Positions 41,751 to 55,595 of a stretch of 64,000 nucleotides of DNA are shown here, in pieces. The DNA lies in contig OX597822.1 of assembly GCA_951406725.2 (NCBI GenBank), forward strand, positions 20,398,001 through 20,462,000, in the 5' to 3' direction. The stretch is from Octopus vulgaris. Taxonomy: Eukaryota. Under the pieces are notes generated by a model that saw nothing but the letters and a program-made list of their open reading frames with translations, was not told the DNA's origin and ran no database searches. The translations under genes and the position numbers were made by a program. The stretch's first letter is position 1. Every line of letters begins with the position of its first letter.

Positions 41751-42349
41751 CACACACTTATATATATATACATATATGATACATTAAAACGAGCCACAGG
41801 TATATTCGAGCATATAGTGTTATAAGAAAAGAAGTGTTAATCCATTCTATTAACTATGCAAGTATTTTCTATTACTATTTTCCCACCTGTTTTCATTTTA
41901 TGGCATGTGGTGTAGCGCATCGCTTTTAATACAATTCCCAGCAAAAATAGAAAAATGATTCTGCAAGGAATATTAGTTATCATAACAGAAGGCTACAATT
42001 AAGTTGCAACATAAACGCATCACAAATTTTCGTGTCATGACGTAGAAGCATAACGGACAAATGTCCACATTATGGCTGTAAAATATAAATAAACATAGGA
42101 CAACTTCTCGAAAAAGAACAGTGGAGAAGACAAAAAACTCCATATCCTGAATATGTGTCAAAGAGAGACTAAAAATGTTGATAAAGATGAATTTGAGAAC
42201 ATTGTTATGAGAGTATGTTACGCAAATGCAAGAAAGTTTTAATAAAAAGGATTAATTGAGAACACAGTCGTGTTTTCAATGTAATATGTTCAAAGAAAAT
42301 CTATACACTGTATTTATAAGTATGCATGAACGTATGTAATATAAATTTC

Positions 42350-42660
42350 GTTCTGTCAGTGTGTGTGTAAAAGATTATAACGGCCGTATTTTTCAACTGA
42401 TTTTCTCTAAACTGAGAATGTACATTACTCATGTTCCAAAGATAGTTTTAGACTCTTAAACTTTTTCACATATCCCCTAGGGGCAGAAAACACCGATTCC
42501 TGGTTTACGTGGAGAAGCTAACTCTTTGCGAAATAACTTTCAGATACCGATTGTCTCCTTTTTATAAAAAAAAAATTAAAATATTGCTTTTTATATGAGA
42601 TTCCTGTCTTTGAATGTTTTAAAATATTTACTTCCGGTTTTCAAGCGTCAGTGACGTCCA
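42350..42660. mobile_element. Possible Helentron/HINE-like non-autonomous fragment
   Basis: (GT)n followed by ataacggccgtatttttcaactgattttctctaaact..., resembling DINE-like cores; (ATCT)n follows. Confidence 0.35.
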
Positions 42661-42729
42661 TGGCTCTCTATCCATCTTCATCTATCTCCATCTCTCTATA
42701 TAATCTCTATCTATATCTCTCTATCCATC

Positions 42730-42816
<87 letters not shown>

Positions 42817-43149
42817 GTATCGATCTGTCTATATCTTATCTATCTCTCTTTATTTATCTTATTTGTCTAACTAGCTAACTCTCTTCCTCTCCCTCTCTCT
42901 GTATCTCATTCACTCTCTATTATTTTCACTTACATTTTTCAGACGCTATTGTTTTCAGTAAGTTCAATCGCTATTGTTTTCATTGTAAGTTTTCAATCAC
43001 TATTTACAAACAACAGCAACAAATTACTGACAGAAGGATGTTCACAATTACTCATGAAAGTTATTTTATGCATAATTTACTGACAGAAGTAACTTCATAA
43101 ATATCATTTCAATCCGTACACTTCGTTAAATTTGCCTCCAAATTTCTTA

Positions 43150-43830
43150 TTTACTTTTGAAACGTTTAGGGTTTTTTTTGTTGTTGACAGAATTATTAAT
43201 AAAAGTAATTCCATACTTTACTGACATAGTACATATTTTTTTTCGTTTCATAGGGTTTGCATATTGGGGATGTGTTGTTCATTATCCTAAGTCTGCTATC
43301 AGTGAGATAATTTTCATGTTGTGTGACAAAGCTGAAGTCTTGTTAATAGCATATTTCGAAGCTATGGGTTTCATGTAATAGGAGTGGAGAGCTGCACTCT
43401 GTTGTTCAGTCTCCAACCAAAGTTCAGTATCAAGTACAGGGAGTCTATTGTTGGCGTGCTTAGTGGGGGTAATCTATAGTTACCTTGATACTTTGGTGGA
43501 TGGAGTTAGCTACATGCTGGATGCTCTCCATTATGTTCCTCTAAGTTTTTACATTACCGTTACTAGAGTTGGTCTTAACTAGGATATTAATGTCGTCTAA
43601 TTACATACTGTAAAGTAAAAGAGTTGTGCACTTTTCTGCTAAGGATTGCTTAAGTTTTCTGTCCCACAGGGTCATGAAGAGATCGACCACATCTTCAGCT
43701 ACACCGACACTAATGGCTGCACCTTGAATCTGCATGTATAGTTTCTCATTAAACTTTACTATGTGGTTCTTGAAGGTGGTTCTTACGCTAGCCCATATTG
43801 CATGTGCGATCATTCCTTTCAACTGATTCC
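43150..43830 (-). pseudogene. Penelope-like RT fragment of a different lineage
   Basis: FKNHIVKFNEKLYMQIQGAAISVGVAEDVVDLFMTLWD...LYSM*LDDINI...NRLPVLDTELW...KPIASKYAINKTSALS. Confidence 0.7.
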
Positions 43831-44197
43831 TCTATTGCTCTGTCTTTCTCCCTTTCTAATTAGTTACTGGAATTCATCTAAGTACAGGACATTCAACAAT
43901 AATAGATCTGTTTGAACTGTTAATATATGGATATAATCGGCATAAATAATGGGCGTTATACATATATTTATGCATAAAAACTCACCAGAGTTTCAGATAT
44001 GCATTTTGGGTACCTTCATGTTTACATTTAAGCAATCGATCTATCGATTGAAATTATAGTGAATGGTCGTTGCAATGCTATCATCAGCAGAGTCTAACAA
44101 TTCAACTGTCAAAGAAACGGAAGAGAAGAAAGGCATGGAAGAAAAGAGGAGGGAATTTGGTTTTTGTGGTATTTATCCGGAAATAGGTCGCCTTATG

Positions 44198-44560
44198 CTA
44201 TTTTTCTCTCTTACTATGGTTGAATGGTTTTAATATCCCGTAGCATTTGTTTATGATGTAATACTCAGACATAAGTATTAACAATGACTCTTCTAGGCAA
44301 AGTTCGCATCTCGCTCTCTCTACGTCGTAATTGGGGTTCTGCTCAATATCTTGCATTATTTTGTTATATGTAACCTGCCATATGAGCTTGCTTAATAAAC
44401 TCAAGATTTCTTTATTCTTATGTCTAAATGATGAGGTGTGGTTATGATATCGAAGTTTGAAAGCTGTTATGCAGCATCCTGTGTATTGGCAAAATGTGTT
44501 ATCTGTGACAACCAAACGTTTATACACAGTTCTTCTTAAATCATTGTTTATGTAACGGAC
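44198..44560 (-). pseudogene. Penelope-like GIY-YIG endonuclease fragment
   Basis: VYKRLV...QYTGCCITAFKLRYHNHTSSFRH...LSKLIWQ...RCELCLEESLLIL...IINK. Confidence 0.75.
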
Positions 44561-44601
44561 ATTTATTCGGGTTTCTAAAATTACAACTATTATTATTATT
44601 A

Positions 44602-45205
44602 TTGCCAAGAAGGCAAACCTTTTGTAACAGTTCTACTCTTCACTCTGTTCCAACTTCCTTTATATTCCTCTTGATGCCTGCTGATACTTTTCCCAAGGAC
44701 CCGACAATAATTGGCACTATCTTCACCTTCTTCATTTTCCATAGCCGGGCTATTTCGTACTTAAGAGGATTGTATTTATCTATCTTTTGACCTTCTTTCT
44801 TGACTATTCATGGGTCAAAGGGGCATGCAACGTCAACTCTATAGAAAAAGGCGTGCACCTTTTGCACCACCAGTAGGCTCAGCCAGTTATGCTCTAGCAC
44901 CTGATCTGTTTGGATTGGGAAATTCCAGAGGCTTTTGCTAGTCTCCGACTCGGCCACACGCTGCGGTTTATGCCTCTCTCTAGCCCCCACTTTTCACATA
45001 GTTTCCACTCTAACACTTTCGCTACTTCGTCGTGTCGCCATAACTTGCAATGATTTTGGGCAAGTCGTGGTATGGGCAATGGTTTCATCCACTGTATTGC
45101 AGATGCGGCACAGCGGAGAAACTTGCTTATTCATCAGGCTGACCCTCTAGTTAGTTGCCAGAGCTTGGTCCTGCGCTGCCAGAATACTGCTCTTGGTCTC
45201 TGTTT
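44602..45205 (-). mobile_element. R4/Dong-like 3' fragment, decayed
   Basis: PLCRICN...WRHDEVAKVLEWKLC; LWNFPIQTDQVLEHN; VDVACPFD; VPIIVGSLG. 3' end abuts a TAA repeat. Confidence 0.8.
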
Positions 45206-45480
45206 TTAGGGTTCTTTATGTTGGAGCATCATCGAAAAGAATATGGAAAAATTTAAAGGCGCTAAAGCATAGCTCTGTTTGGTTTCAGTGGCAATAGAAA
45301 ATTCCTCTGAACATTGACTGCTAGATACAACTGTTGCCATTATTCCTTCGTGCGAAAATACTATTATCCTTATTTTATCAGGGTGGCCAACTTTTGATAA
45401 AATTTTCCTGGGAACCTCGTGATTCACTGAATCAGAAGCCTTGATCAAGTTGACAAAGACCATATACAAGTCAGTCTTTG
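45206..45480 (-). pseudogene. RTE-like LINE RT fragment
   Basis: LYMVFVNLIKASDSVNHE...GHPDK...HEGIMATV...ETKQSYALAPLNFSIFFSMML. Confidence 0.8.
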
Positions 45481-45559
45481 GTTCACGTGCATTTTCTTGA
45501 ACTCACCGATGGGCAAAAGTCATGTCAGCTCTGCCTCTCCCAGCCCAAAATCCATATTG

Positions 45560-45900
45560 GGACTCAGGATATATGCTGTTTACTACATGCTTATTGATGC
45601 GTTTACGTGTCACCCTGCCAATAATTTTTTTTCTAGCTTTGCACAACAAACTTATTCTCTACAGCTTAACTTGAGATCTTGGGAAAGTTATTGCGTACAT
45701 CGATCTGCATGGCGAAAAATATGCCATGATGCATCAAAACAATTTCAGTTGAAGGAACAGATCAATAAAAGAATTATATCCTGCAATCAACAGACACTTT
45801 TTCCCAATTCCAGGCTAAATCAAAATCGTCAGTGTCCTCATCGGGATTTTATAGCAAAATTCAGTGCTGGACTCACATTACACTCACACAAATAGATGCA
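45560..45900 (+). pseudogene. Probable RTE-like LINE 3' end
   Basis: LNLRSWESYCVHRSAWRKICH...CPHRDF.AKFSAGLTLH, resembling the RTE C-terminus and a decayed zinc finger. Confidence 0.5.
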
Positions 45901-46079
45901 GCTTCTTATATTTTAAAAGTTGCTTTTTTCTCTTTTTGTTTTATATATCCTTTCCTTCAAACACTCATACATCGAAATCAACAGAAGTGACCACCTTTAC
46001 TAATATTACTATCATTATTTTTCGCATTACTGCTCTGATTATTACAATTCTTATTCTTTCTGTTGCTGTCCCTCTTATT

Positions 46080-46170
<91 letters not shown>

Positions 46171-46285
46171 TATTATTATCATCAGCATCATCATCAGCAT
46201 CATCATCATCATCATCATTATTATTATTATCATTATTATTATTATCATTATTATTATTATTATTATTATTACCATTATTATTATT

Positions 46286-46419
<134 letters not shown>

Positions 46420-46433
46420 CATTATTATTATTA

Positions 46434-46640
46434 CGTCGGCGAGCTGGCAGAATCGTTAGCGCGCCGGGTGAAATGTTGAGCAGTATTTCGCCCGTCATGT
46501 TCTGAATTCAAATTACGCCGTAGTCGACTTTGTCTTGCATCCTCTCGGGTTCGATTAAATAAGTACCAGTTACGCACTAGTGTTGATGTAATCAAATTAA
46601 TCCCCTCCCCAAGCTGCCCTTGTGGCAAAAATTTGAAATC
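46434..46640 (+). mobile_element. tRNA-derived SINE (family D), inserted in a TTA repeat
   Basis: ggcgagctggcagaatcgttagc...ctgaattcaaatt...gtcgactttg...aagtaccagtt. Confidence 0.82.
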
Positions 46641-46825
46641 ATTATTATTATTATTTTTAGCCTTATTATTATCATTATTGATCTTCGTAGTAGTGTTATT
46701 GTAATTAGTATCATTTTTATTATTAGAACAATTATCATTATAATTTCCTTTAACTCGGGTAGAATTTATGTGGGTAGAGGTTACTACCTGTAACCAAAAA
46801 TATTCAATAAGCGCTCGGTAAAATT

Positions 46826-47430
46826 TCAAGTACTCAAAACCCTGCTGATAATCTTTCTTATTCCTAAGAGGAAAACTTTCTGGAGAAGCTGTACAGGAAA
46901 TTTCATTCCAATCTCCTTCAACCATTTGTCAATATCTTTACTCGCAGTTCCTAATGTACCGATTATTACAGGTGCAACTTTTACAGTTTTTATATTCCAA
47001 ATTCTCGCATTAAAAAAATTTAAGGGATTGTAGTTTGCTTTTAATTTTTCGTCTTCTTTTTTCACAATCCTGGAATCAAACGAACATGATGCATAAATGT
47101 ATAAGCAAATTCACTTGTTCTTCTCTGTTTTTGTTGTTTGAATAGGGAAATCCCATAAAATCTTGCTTTTTTCCGACTCAGGCACCTTGTCAACCGGATG
47201 ATTATACCAAGTACTTCAAAACCCCAAATTCTGACACCTTCCACTTCAAGTACAAATGGTTAAAGTCAGCTTTCGGATGGTGAGTGCCTTACGTGGTCAA
47301 CAATCTTCTAGTTTATCATGTAAAATTTTTGCATGTCCCTTTTTGTCCAATCTATAATTCCAGCTCCATGTCTGATAACCGGCACAGCTCTGGAATTTAT
47401 TGCGTCTTTAACATTTATTAAAATTCAACA
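46826..47430 (-). mobile_element. R4/Dong-like fragment(s), decayed
   Basis: IWNIKTVKVAPVIIGTLG...LLQKVFLLGIRKIISRVL; upstream AINSRAVPVIRHGAGII.W. Confidence 0.7.
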
Positions 47431-47434
47431 TTGA

Positions 47435-48341
<907 letters not shown>

Positions 48342-48453
48342 TTATTATTATCATCATCATTATTCATCATCATCATCATCATTATTATTATTATTATTAT
48401 TGTTGTTGTTGTTGTTGTTGTTGCTGTTGTTGTTATTATTATTATTATTATTG

Positions 48454-48493
<40 letters not shown>

Positions 48494-48500
48494 TATTATC

Positions 48501-48564
<64 letters not shown>

Positions 48565-49014
48565 CATGCCCCGTCAATAAAGAAAAATAATGCTATGCTT
48601 AGAATAACATTTCAATTTAATTCAACTATTGCTAGAGAAATACACAAAAGATACAATTTGACAATATATTTACATATTCATATTTATGCAAATACTTTAC
48701 AAAATCAGTAATAAAATAACAAAGAAAATATTAAGCAGATCTGTACTTTTTACTAAGGCAGTATATCAATATCTACACTATTTCCGTGTAGACAACATTA
48801 CGCGTAAGTCTTCTTATATTTTCATTATGACGGCTACTTGTTCCTGATCTGGTAAATTCTTTTTGATCAGCAAATATTTTAAGATTCACTGGATCTTAAA
48901 ATGGACCAGAGTTTCTCCTTTGTTTCTTTCACTTTCTCTCTGTATTTAATTTACCTTCTATTTTCCTTGACATCAGCAGCTTAACAATCTACAATACCTT
49001 GTCTTTCTGTTTGT

Positions 49015-49170
49015 CTATCTCCCCCCTCTCTCTCTCCTCTCTTCTTCAATATTTCTTTCTTCCTTTCTTTCACTCTCTATTTAATTCACCTCTTTTCCTC
49101 TATCTAATTACTGAAGGCTTCGGACGAACGGAACAAAACGGACGTACGTAGCTGTCATTATTATAAGGAT
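49015..49170 (-). mobile_element. Helitron-like non-autonomous end, copy 1
   Basis: Minus strand starts atccttataataatgacagc; similar to 49800-49931. Confidence 0.45.
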
Positions 49171-49501
49171 TGTACAATTTGGTGTGTGATTTATCAATGT
49201 ACACAATGAGTTTATTTACTGAAGGTGCCGGGAAGACACTCAGCAAGAACTTAAAACAAACTTAAAGGAAGAAAAGAAATATCATCATTTTTTCTTCTTC
49301 TATGTATGATATTTTCTCCTTTTATAATTATCAAAGCAAATAGTTAATTCAAAACGATGGATTATGTTTCAGTTACAATTTATGATATGAAATAAAATTT
49401 CAAAACAGTGAAAGAAGGAAAAATAACTCAGTTTCATTTCGATGACAAACGCTGTTTCATACATACAAACATTTATAAACTTCCCTTTTACACACACACA
49501 C

Positions 49502-49559
<58 letters not shown>

Positions 49560-49799
49560 CAGCGTTCAGTATTCTCTTACACTTCCATAGTACACATACG
49601 ATCACATACATACCTTTTACATACGCATATGTTCTCTCTCTCTCTCTCTCTCTTTGTGTGTCTCTGCGTCTCTCTTTCTCTCCCTCTCTTTCTCAACTCC
49701 ACTTCTCTACCTCCTCCCTCTCTCTCTCTAACTCTACTGTTGTTTTTCTCTCTGTTCATTACCCCTTCCTTCGTTATTGATATGTTGTGACGGAATGAC

Positions 49800-49931
49800 G
49801 CTCTTCCTCAATATCTCTTTCTTTCATTCTTTCTTTCACTCTCTTTCTATTTCATTCACCCCTTTTCCTCAAATTACTGATGGCTTCGGACAGACGGACG
49901 GATGGACGCAGCTGTCGTTATAATAAAGGAT
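49800..49931 (-). mobile_element. Helitron-like non-autonomous end, copy 2
   Basis: Minus strand starts atcctttattataacgacagc, followed by (GTCC)n-like repeats. Confidence 0.45.
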
Positions 49932-50029
49932 TAATATTATTATATGGAAACTCACAGCTTTTTTTTGCTGGGTATGATCGAAAGTGTCAGCTGTTCACAG
50001 CCAGCAGACTAAGGTGACACCTGTTTATT

Positions 50030-51080
50030 AGTTTTGCTTCAAGGACCTTGCGAAGAATTCTTGCAGTTCTAAGCAATGCTCATTTTCGTAGGTATTCTGC
50101 CTTCACGCATGCAGCAATCTTTTTCAGCCGTGTTGGTAGTTGAGTCCTGATACTTCCAAGTGCACTAATTACTATTGCTATCACGTCTAATCCCTTCATT
50201 GATACAACCTTCGTATTTCCCACTTCAAATCGTCAGTTGTTTATTTTTTCTTCTTGAAATTCTTCTTCTTGCAATTCTCATTTTCGGTGACTCCTTCTGG
50301 AGTTTTCTAATACCACATCTTTGCTCTTTGTAAGCCATGATTTCCACAGAGCTCCCAATGGATCATTCTTGCCACATTGTCATGGCGTCTTTTCCATTTA
50401 CGTTATGCCAATTTCAGAAATTCGCTAACGGTGCTCATACAGTTTCACCACTCTCACCACACATACTGCATTTGTCGCTATCGGTAGTGTTGTCTATTCT
50501 ACATCTCATATAGTTGTTCCTTAACACTTGTTCTTGAGCTGCGCATATGAGCGCTTCTGTCTCTATCTTCAGGCCATTCCTCCTCACCCATAGACACCGA
50601 TCATCTGTATGTCTTGGCGTTCACATCTCTTGCATACTGACCGTACATTTTTTCCTTCCATGCTTTTTTATGTGCCTTTTTAAAATTTTTCTTTAGTTAC
50701 ACAATTTTTAGTCTTGATGATACCGACCTTCTTCAAATGTTTCAACAGTTGCTCCATGGCATCTTTTATACACCATCCGAGGCTGTTTTCTTCTGATTCG
50801 ATACAGTCCTGGCAACTGATCACACCTCTCCCACCATTTCTTCTGGTCAAGTACAGCCTATCGGTGTCACTCCGTAGACTGTCAACATTTTTTCTGGTCT
50901 TGGCATCCATTTTCTTAATTTCTCTCTTTTGCCATTTTATAATTCCCGTTGCACACCGAAGTGATGCTATCGCCTACATATTAACTGCTTGGATTTTATT
51001 CCATCCAATCAATATTGAGCGCAACACTACCTTAGTCTTTGGAAATACACCATCCTTATTTGCTCTTTCATTTCCTTTTC
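50030..51080 (-). mobile_element. R4/Dong-like non-LTR fragment, decayed
   Basis: MDAKTRK...SDTDRLYLTRRNGGRG; LKIETEALICAAQEQVLRNNYMRCRID...KCSMCGESGETV; KRRHDNVARM. Confidence 0.85.
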
Positions 51081-51142
<62 letters not shown>

Positions 51143-51304
51143 ATGATGATTTTGTTGTTGTTATTATTATTATTAAACCGTAGAGCTAGAAAATAGCATT
51201 TTCGATGAAATGCTTAGCGGCATTTCTTCCTACTTTATGCTCTGAGTTCAAATTTTGGTGGAATCGACTTTGCTTTTTTCATCCTTCGGGGTCGATAAAA
51301 TAGT

Positions 51305-51485
51305 TGTGAGAAGATTTGTTCTAGATTCCAAGTTGTTGAGTACGTAAACTTGACGGGATGCTTATTAAACAGTATCCCGTATCAGCACAATAGTGGGAAA
51401 TGCTTCTCTAGGGTCGCGAAGAATTTCTTCGGGATATTTGTGGCTATTCGGGACCCGAATGAAATATTATATCAGACTACTTGTT
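51305..51485 (-). pseudogene. Penelope-like linker fragment
   Basis: QVV*YNISFGSRIATNIPKKFFATLEKHFP...LFNKHPVKFTYSTT.NLEQI, matching the PLE WFNPP...KHFP...KISYS region. Confidence 0.65.
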
Positions 51486-51914
51486 TTGATGCATTTCTCC
51501 TTTTCTTAGAGTTACTATATTCATCTTTATTCCTCTTTCTTATTTCGTCGTGGGTTGGTCTGGTCTCATTCTGATTAATACTATTTCGACGATTATGGCT
51601 GTCTATCAACACTCTTTGTCTTCTCCGATTGCTTGTTATTAATCTTAAACCTATCTTATGTGGAGGGTAGTTAGATTTATTCGTGGATTTACCCGTATTA
51701 CTCTGAGATGCCTTACATTTATATTCTCTTGGCTTATCTATCTTTCAGTTTGTTGAGGGTGTTACGGTGTCCACTGATTCAACCATGTTTTGCTTAGATT
51801 TTTTAATATCTTCTTCTCACTAGTCCTGGAGTTTCTCCATCTATTATTGTCATGGTAGACACCACAATTATAACATGTCCAATCTGCAGCGTTATTATCC
51901 TTGATCAGATCGCT

Positions 51915-52090
51915 GTTTGAGATATATCATTTCCTCCGTCTTTACGTTCTGAGTTTAAATTCCGCTGAAGTTAACTTTGACTTTCATTCTTTCAGGGTCG
52001 ATAAAGCAAGTACCAGTTGAGTACTGAGATCGATGAATTCAACTTGCCCTATCCCCGGAACTTTCTTGCCTTGTGCCAAATTTGAAACCA
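51915..52090 (+). mobile_element. tRNA-derived SINE (family D)
   Basis: ccgtctttacgttctgagtttaaattccgc...ctttcattctttcagggtcgataaagcaagtaccagttgag. Confidence 0.75.
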
Positions 52091-53289
52091 ATATTTAGTA
52101 GGATACAGTTGATGGATGTATAGTAGTTGCAGAATCTAAAACGAATTTGCTCACAACTCGTTTAATTAATTTCCTAAATGCGGATAAGTGTTTATCTATA
52201 ATTAATTTGCTTAATCTCTCTAAGTCGTTATTTTCATTGTATTTCAATCCTATTGTCTTGAGTTGCTTCGGTTTTATGTTTATTTTGTCTGGTTTCGTTT
52301 ATCCTCTTCCCTTAATACCTGAACAATTTACTACACCAACAGCTTTATGAATCATAGCTTAGCATACCACAATAACAGTACCAATGATACCTCGTCATAT
52401 ATTTTAGGGCTTATATAGTCATAGTATTTTTGTGACATTACATGTTTTAATCCCTAACTATGGCTTTAACTATTACCGTTCATTGTTCAGTACTTATATG
52501 ATTTCTCGTAGGTAATAGCATAGATTTTGATTCTTTACAGTTATAATAATTAGAAATTCCCTAACTTCAGTTTTATATCGAAACACATCCCATTGCATAG
52601 CGTCCAAAATATAGTAATCGCTAGTAGTCTGCCACTGATCCTAACGAAGTTGTGTGTCTAATTTCTGTACCGGATGTCACCCATTGCAAGAGAGAATATA
52701 TATAAACTCCTCTCTGGCATAGCGTCTAAAATATAGTAGAAATCGTCAAAAGCCGACCAGTGACCCTCATGAAATTCTTGGATATCAAATTTCTATATCG
52801 GATGTTAAAACTATTCAAGTGTGGTACAACAGAACAATAGCATAAATCTGTTGGCTAGAAATGTGTGACTTATTTTCGGATAGATATTACAAAGGCCAAA
52901 TCCCATCCTCTTTCTTTCCATTCTTTACTTCTCTTTTTTTACTTCTCTTCCGTGAATTGTTTGACTTTGATGGGAGTTCCCTATATTTTCAATTGATAAA
53001 TCTATCAATTTATTAAGTTAAACCTTCAACATGCCCCAAGTGCAGACGTGAAACAGCCGTAAGTTTATCGTTCACAAATAAATGTATAAAACCCATTATT
53101 TTATGTTTATTTCTTATATAACACTCTGCGAAAACGTACCATTTAAATGCGGTGGTACAACTATGGATTTACAAGGTCGAAAAGTGGTGGATTTCGACTT
53201 CAGCTTTCGATTTCGGAGATTACCTGGTATGCTGTTATTGTGGTTATAAAGGCTGAGCATATCGATAAAGAAATATGTTGATATTTAAA

Positions 53290-54583
53290 AGTTGCCAGAT
53301 CTCTCGTCGGCAAAGTTTGTAAGGTGTTAGAGATGTGATGATGGAAACTTATCACCAGTAACAAAGCATATTCTAAACGCTCTGAAATCATCAAAACACT
53401 TGAATTTATCCAGCAAGTTCAATAGACCCTTGATTACAATCTCAGAAAGTCCATGGAGTCAATTGCAAAAATCTCCATGTGTCAGAAGAAACAGTCAGTA
53501 TTGTTGTCCACGAAGACAGCAGATATGTCTTATATGATGAGGAAAAGTCAGTTTGTCAGAAAAAGCAAAAGAAAATCAGTACATCAGATCTAAAAGGCTT
53601 TGAAACAAACTGAAAATTCCAGCAGAAGATTTGATTTGGTTTTTCTCAAGCGAGAAAAGCTTTGACCAAGATCAAAAAGTTAACAATAAATGACAGATGT
53701 TATGTGCAGACCCTTCTGAAGTCATGGTTTTAGGGGTTGTCAGCAACGAAGGACATGTTATGCCTTCTTCTTTCCACAAGGCCTTAGAGTTAACTCTGCT
53801 GCCTACATTGAAGTCCTGGAAATAATTGTTAAGCCCTGGATAGACAGTGTATGCAATGGAAGGCCATATGTATTTCAATAAGATTCTGCACCATTATACA
53901 TGGCTCTAGTAACACAGAAATGGATGGCGGAAAATTTCCATGATCACATAAGACTGAACATTAGGCCCCCTAATTCCCCAGATCTCATTCCATGAGAGAC
54001 GTTGTTGAAAGAGAGTTCAATGAACACGCCCATAACACCAAAGATTCTTCAAAAGCTGTCATAGTCAGTGTCAGTGGCTGATTGGCCAGCTTGCCAGCTT
54101 GCCGATGGCAAGTGGGCCCCTGCGCCATTAGAATTCACAAATGGGGGCCCATGTTAGTATCTAAGGGGCCCATCCCCTTAAATTTGAGAATTTTTTATTC
54201 ACTCTTAGAAGAATACATTATTTCAGCCTGGCTGTGTTTGTAGAAATAGAAATGAATACTTTTAACAACAACAAAAAAATTGAATGATAACATTGTAGTT
54301 GCGGATGGGCTCCCTTAGTCTCCTGGCAACCAGTAGTTTTAAACCCAGTCTGTCACTGGTCTGAGTAATGTCCAACCAGGGCCACTTGATCCAAGCATGT
54401 AGATGATTTAGATCTCATATAGAAGCAGCTGTTGAAGCTGAAGGTGGCTTTATTGAATAACTTTATAGAAAAGAAGGTTATTTTTATCCGTATAGCATAT
54501 TTTGATAAATAAAGTTATTATCTGTTATAAGAGATGTATCTGTTCTTTTTATAAGCATAAATCTGTCCTCAGCTTTCTTACGC

Positions 54584-54588
<5 letters not shown>
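53290..54588 (+). mobile_element. Tc1/mariner-superfamily (maT/DD37D-like) transposon, decayed and interrupted
   Basis: WFFSSEKSFDQ; VMVLGVVSNEGHVMP; GLRVNSAAYIEVL...KPWIDSVCNGRPYVFQ*DSAP; PPNSPDL; FRSHIEAAVEAEGGFIE*. Ends at (TA)n. Confidence 0.85.
54072..54358. mobile_element. hAT-like MITE nested in the transposase
   Basis: Imperfect 14-bp TIRs cagtggctgattgg / ccagtctgtcactg; degenerate 8-bp TSD gtcagtgt / gtctgagt. Confidence 0.65.
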
Positions 54589-54665
<77 letters not shown>

Positions 54666-54944
54666 GCGTATATATAAATACACACACTGTAATAAGCAAA
54701 CTAGCTAGTGGTTGTGGCTGTGGCTGTTCTTTAAAGAACCCTGTCACTACATTTAAACCCCGGGAAAACTCTTTCCAGCTGGTTAGCGAGACACAACCTG
54801 TGTCGAATATATCGTGAGTAAGGGACCGAATCACTCCCCGCCAGCTTGGCAAGACCAGTGGACCACGGTTTCTGGGTCTTTACCCTTCATCAATACTAGA
54901 CACCTGCCAGTATATATATATGTACATGTGTATATATATGTATA

Positions 54945-55064
<120 letters not shown>

Positions 55065-55547
55065 TACACAGACACATACACACACACTAATATACACATT
55101 TATACGATGGGCTTCTTTCAGTTTCCGTCTACCAAATCTAGTCACATCAAGCATCCAATCAAGCTGCCCAAATGTTGGTATGAGTACTGGCACTGCAAAC
55201 ACATTGTGGGTCACTGTTTTATTGAATGCAGAGAGTTCTGAGATGCAAATTGTCTATATTTGGCTGCTATATTCTTTAGTGACACGTGTTTGTTGCACGT
55301 GTCACTACCAGTTACGGTATTAGACGCTGTTAACGAAATTAGTGATGAGTTAACTTGGAATGACCAATTTAAATACTATTCGATTTTACTCATAAGTTAT
55401 TGGAATCTTATATGTATACCATTCTGCCTAAATAATGGATCTACAAATACAATATCCCTGCATATCTCACATCTATTTTCATTTCTCCACCTCACTGTCT
55501 CTTTCGTATCATCTAAATTAACTATTGCTTAACCATCTTCTCACACC

Positions 55548-55595
55548 GTCTCCGATGAAGGGATATAATAAATATCCTAGAAACAGCTTTAAGAC
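55548..55595 (+). ncRNA. Decayed hammerhead, same family as 5481-5530
   Basis: gtct-CCGATGA-agggatat...atatccta-GAAA-cagctt-TA-agac. Confidence 0.62.
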
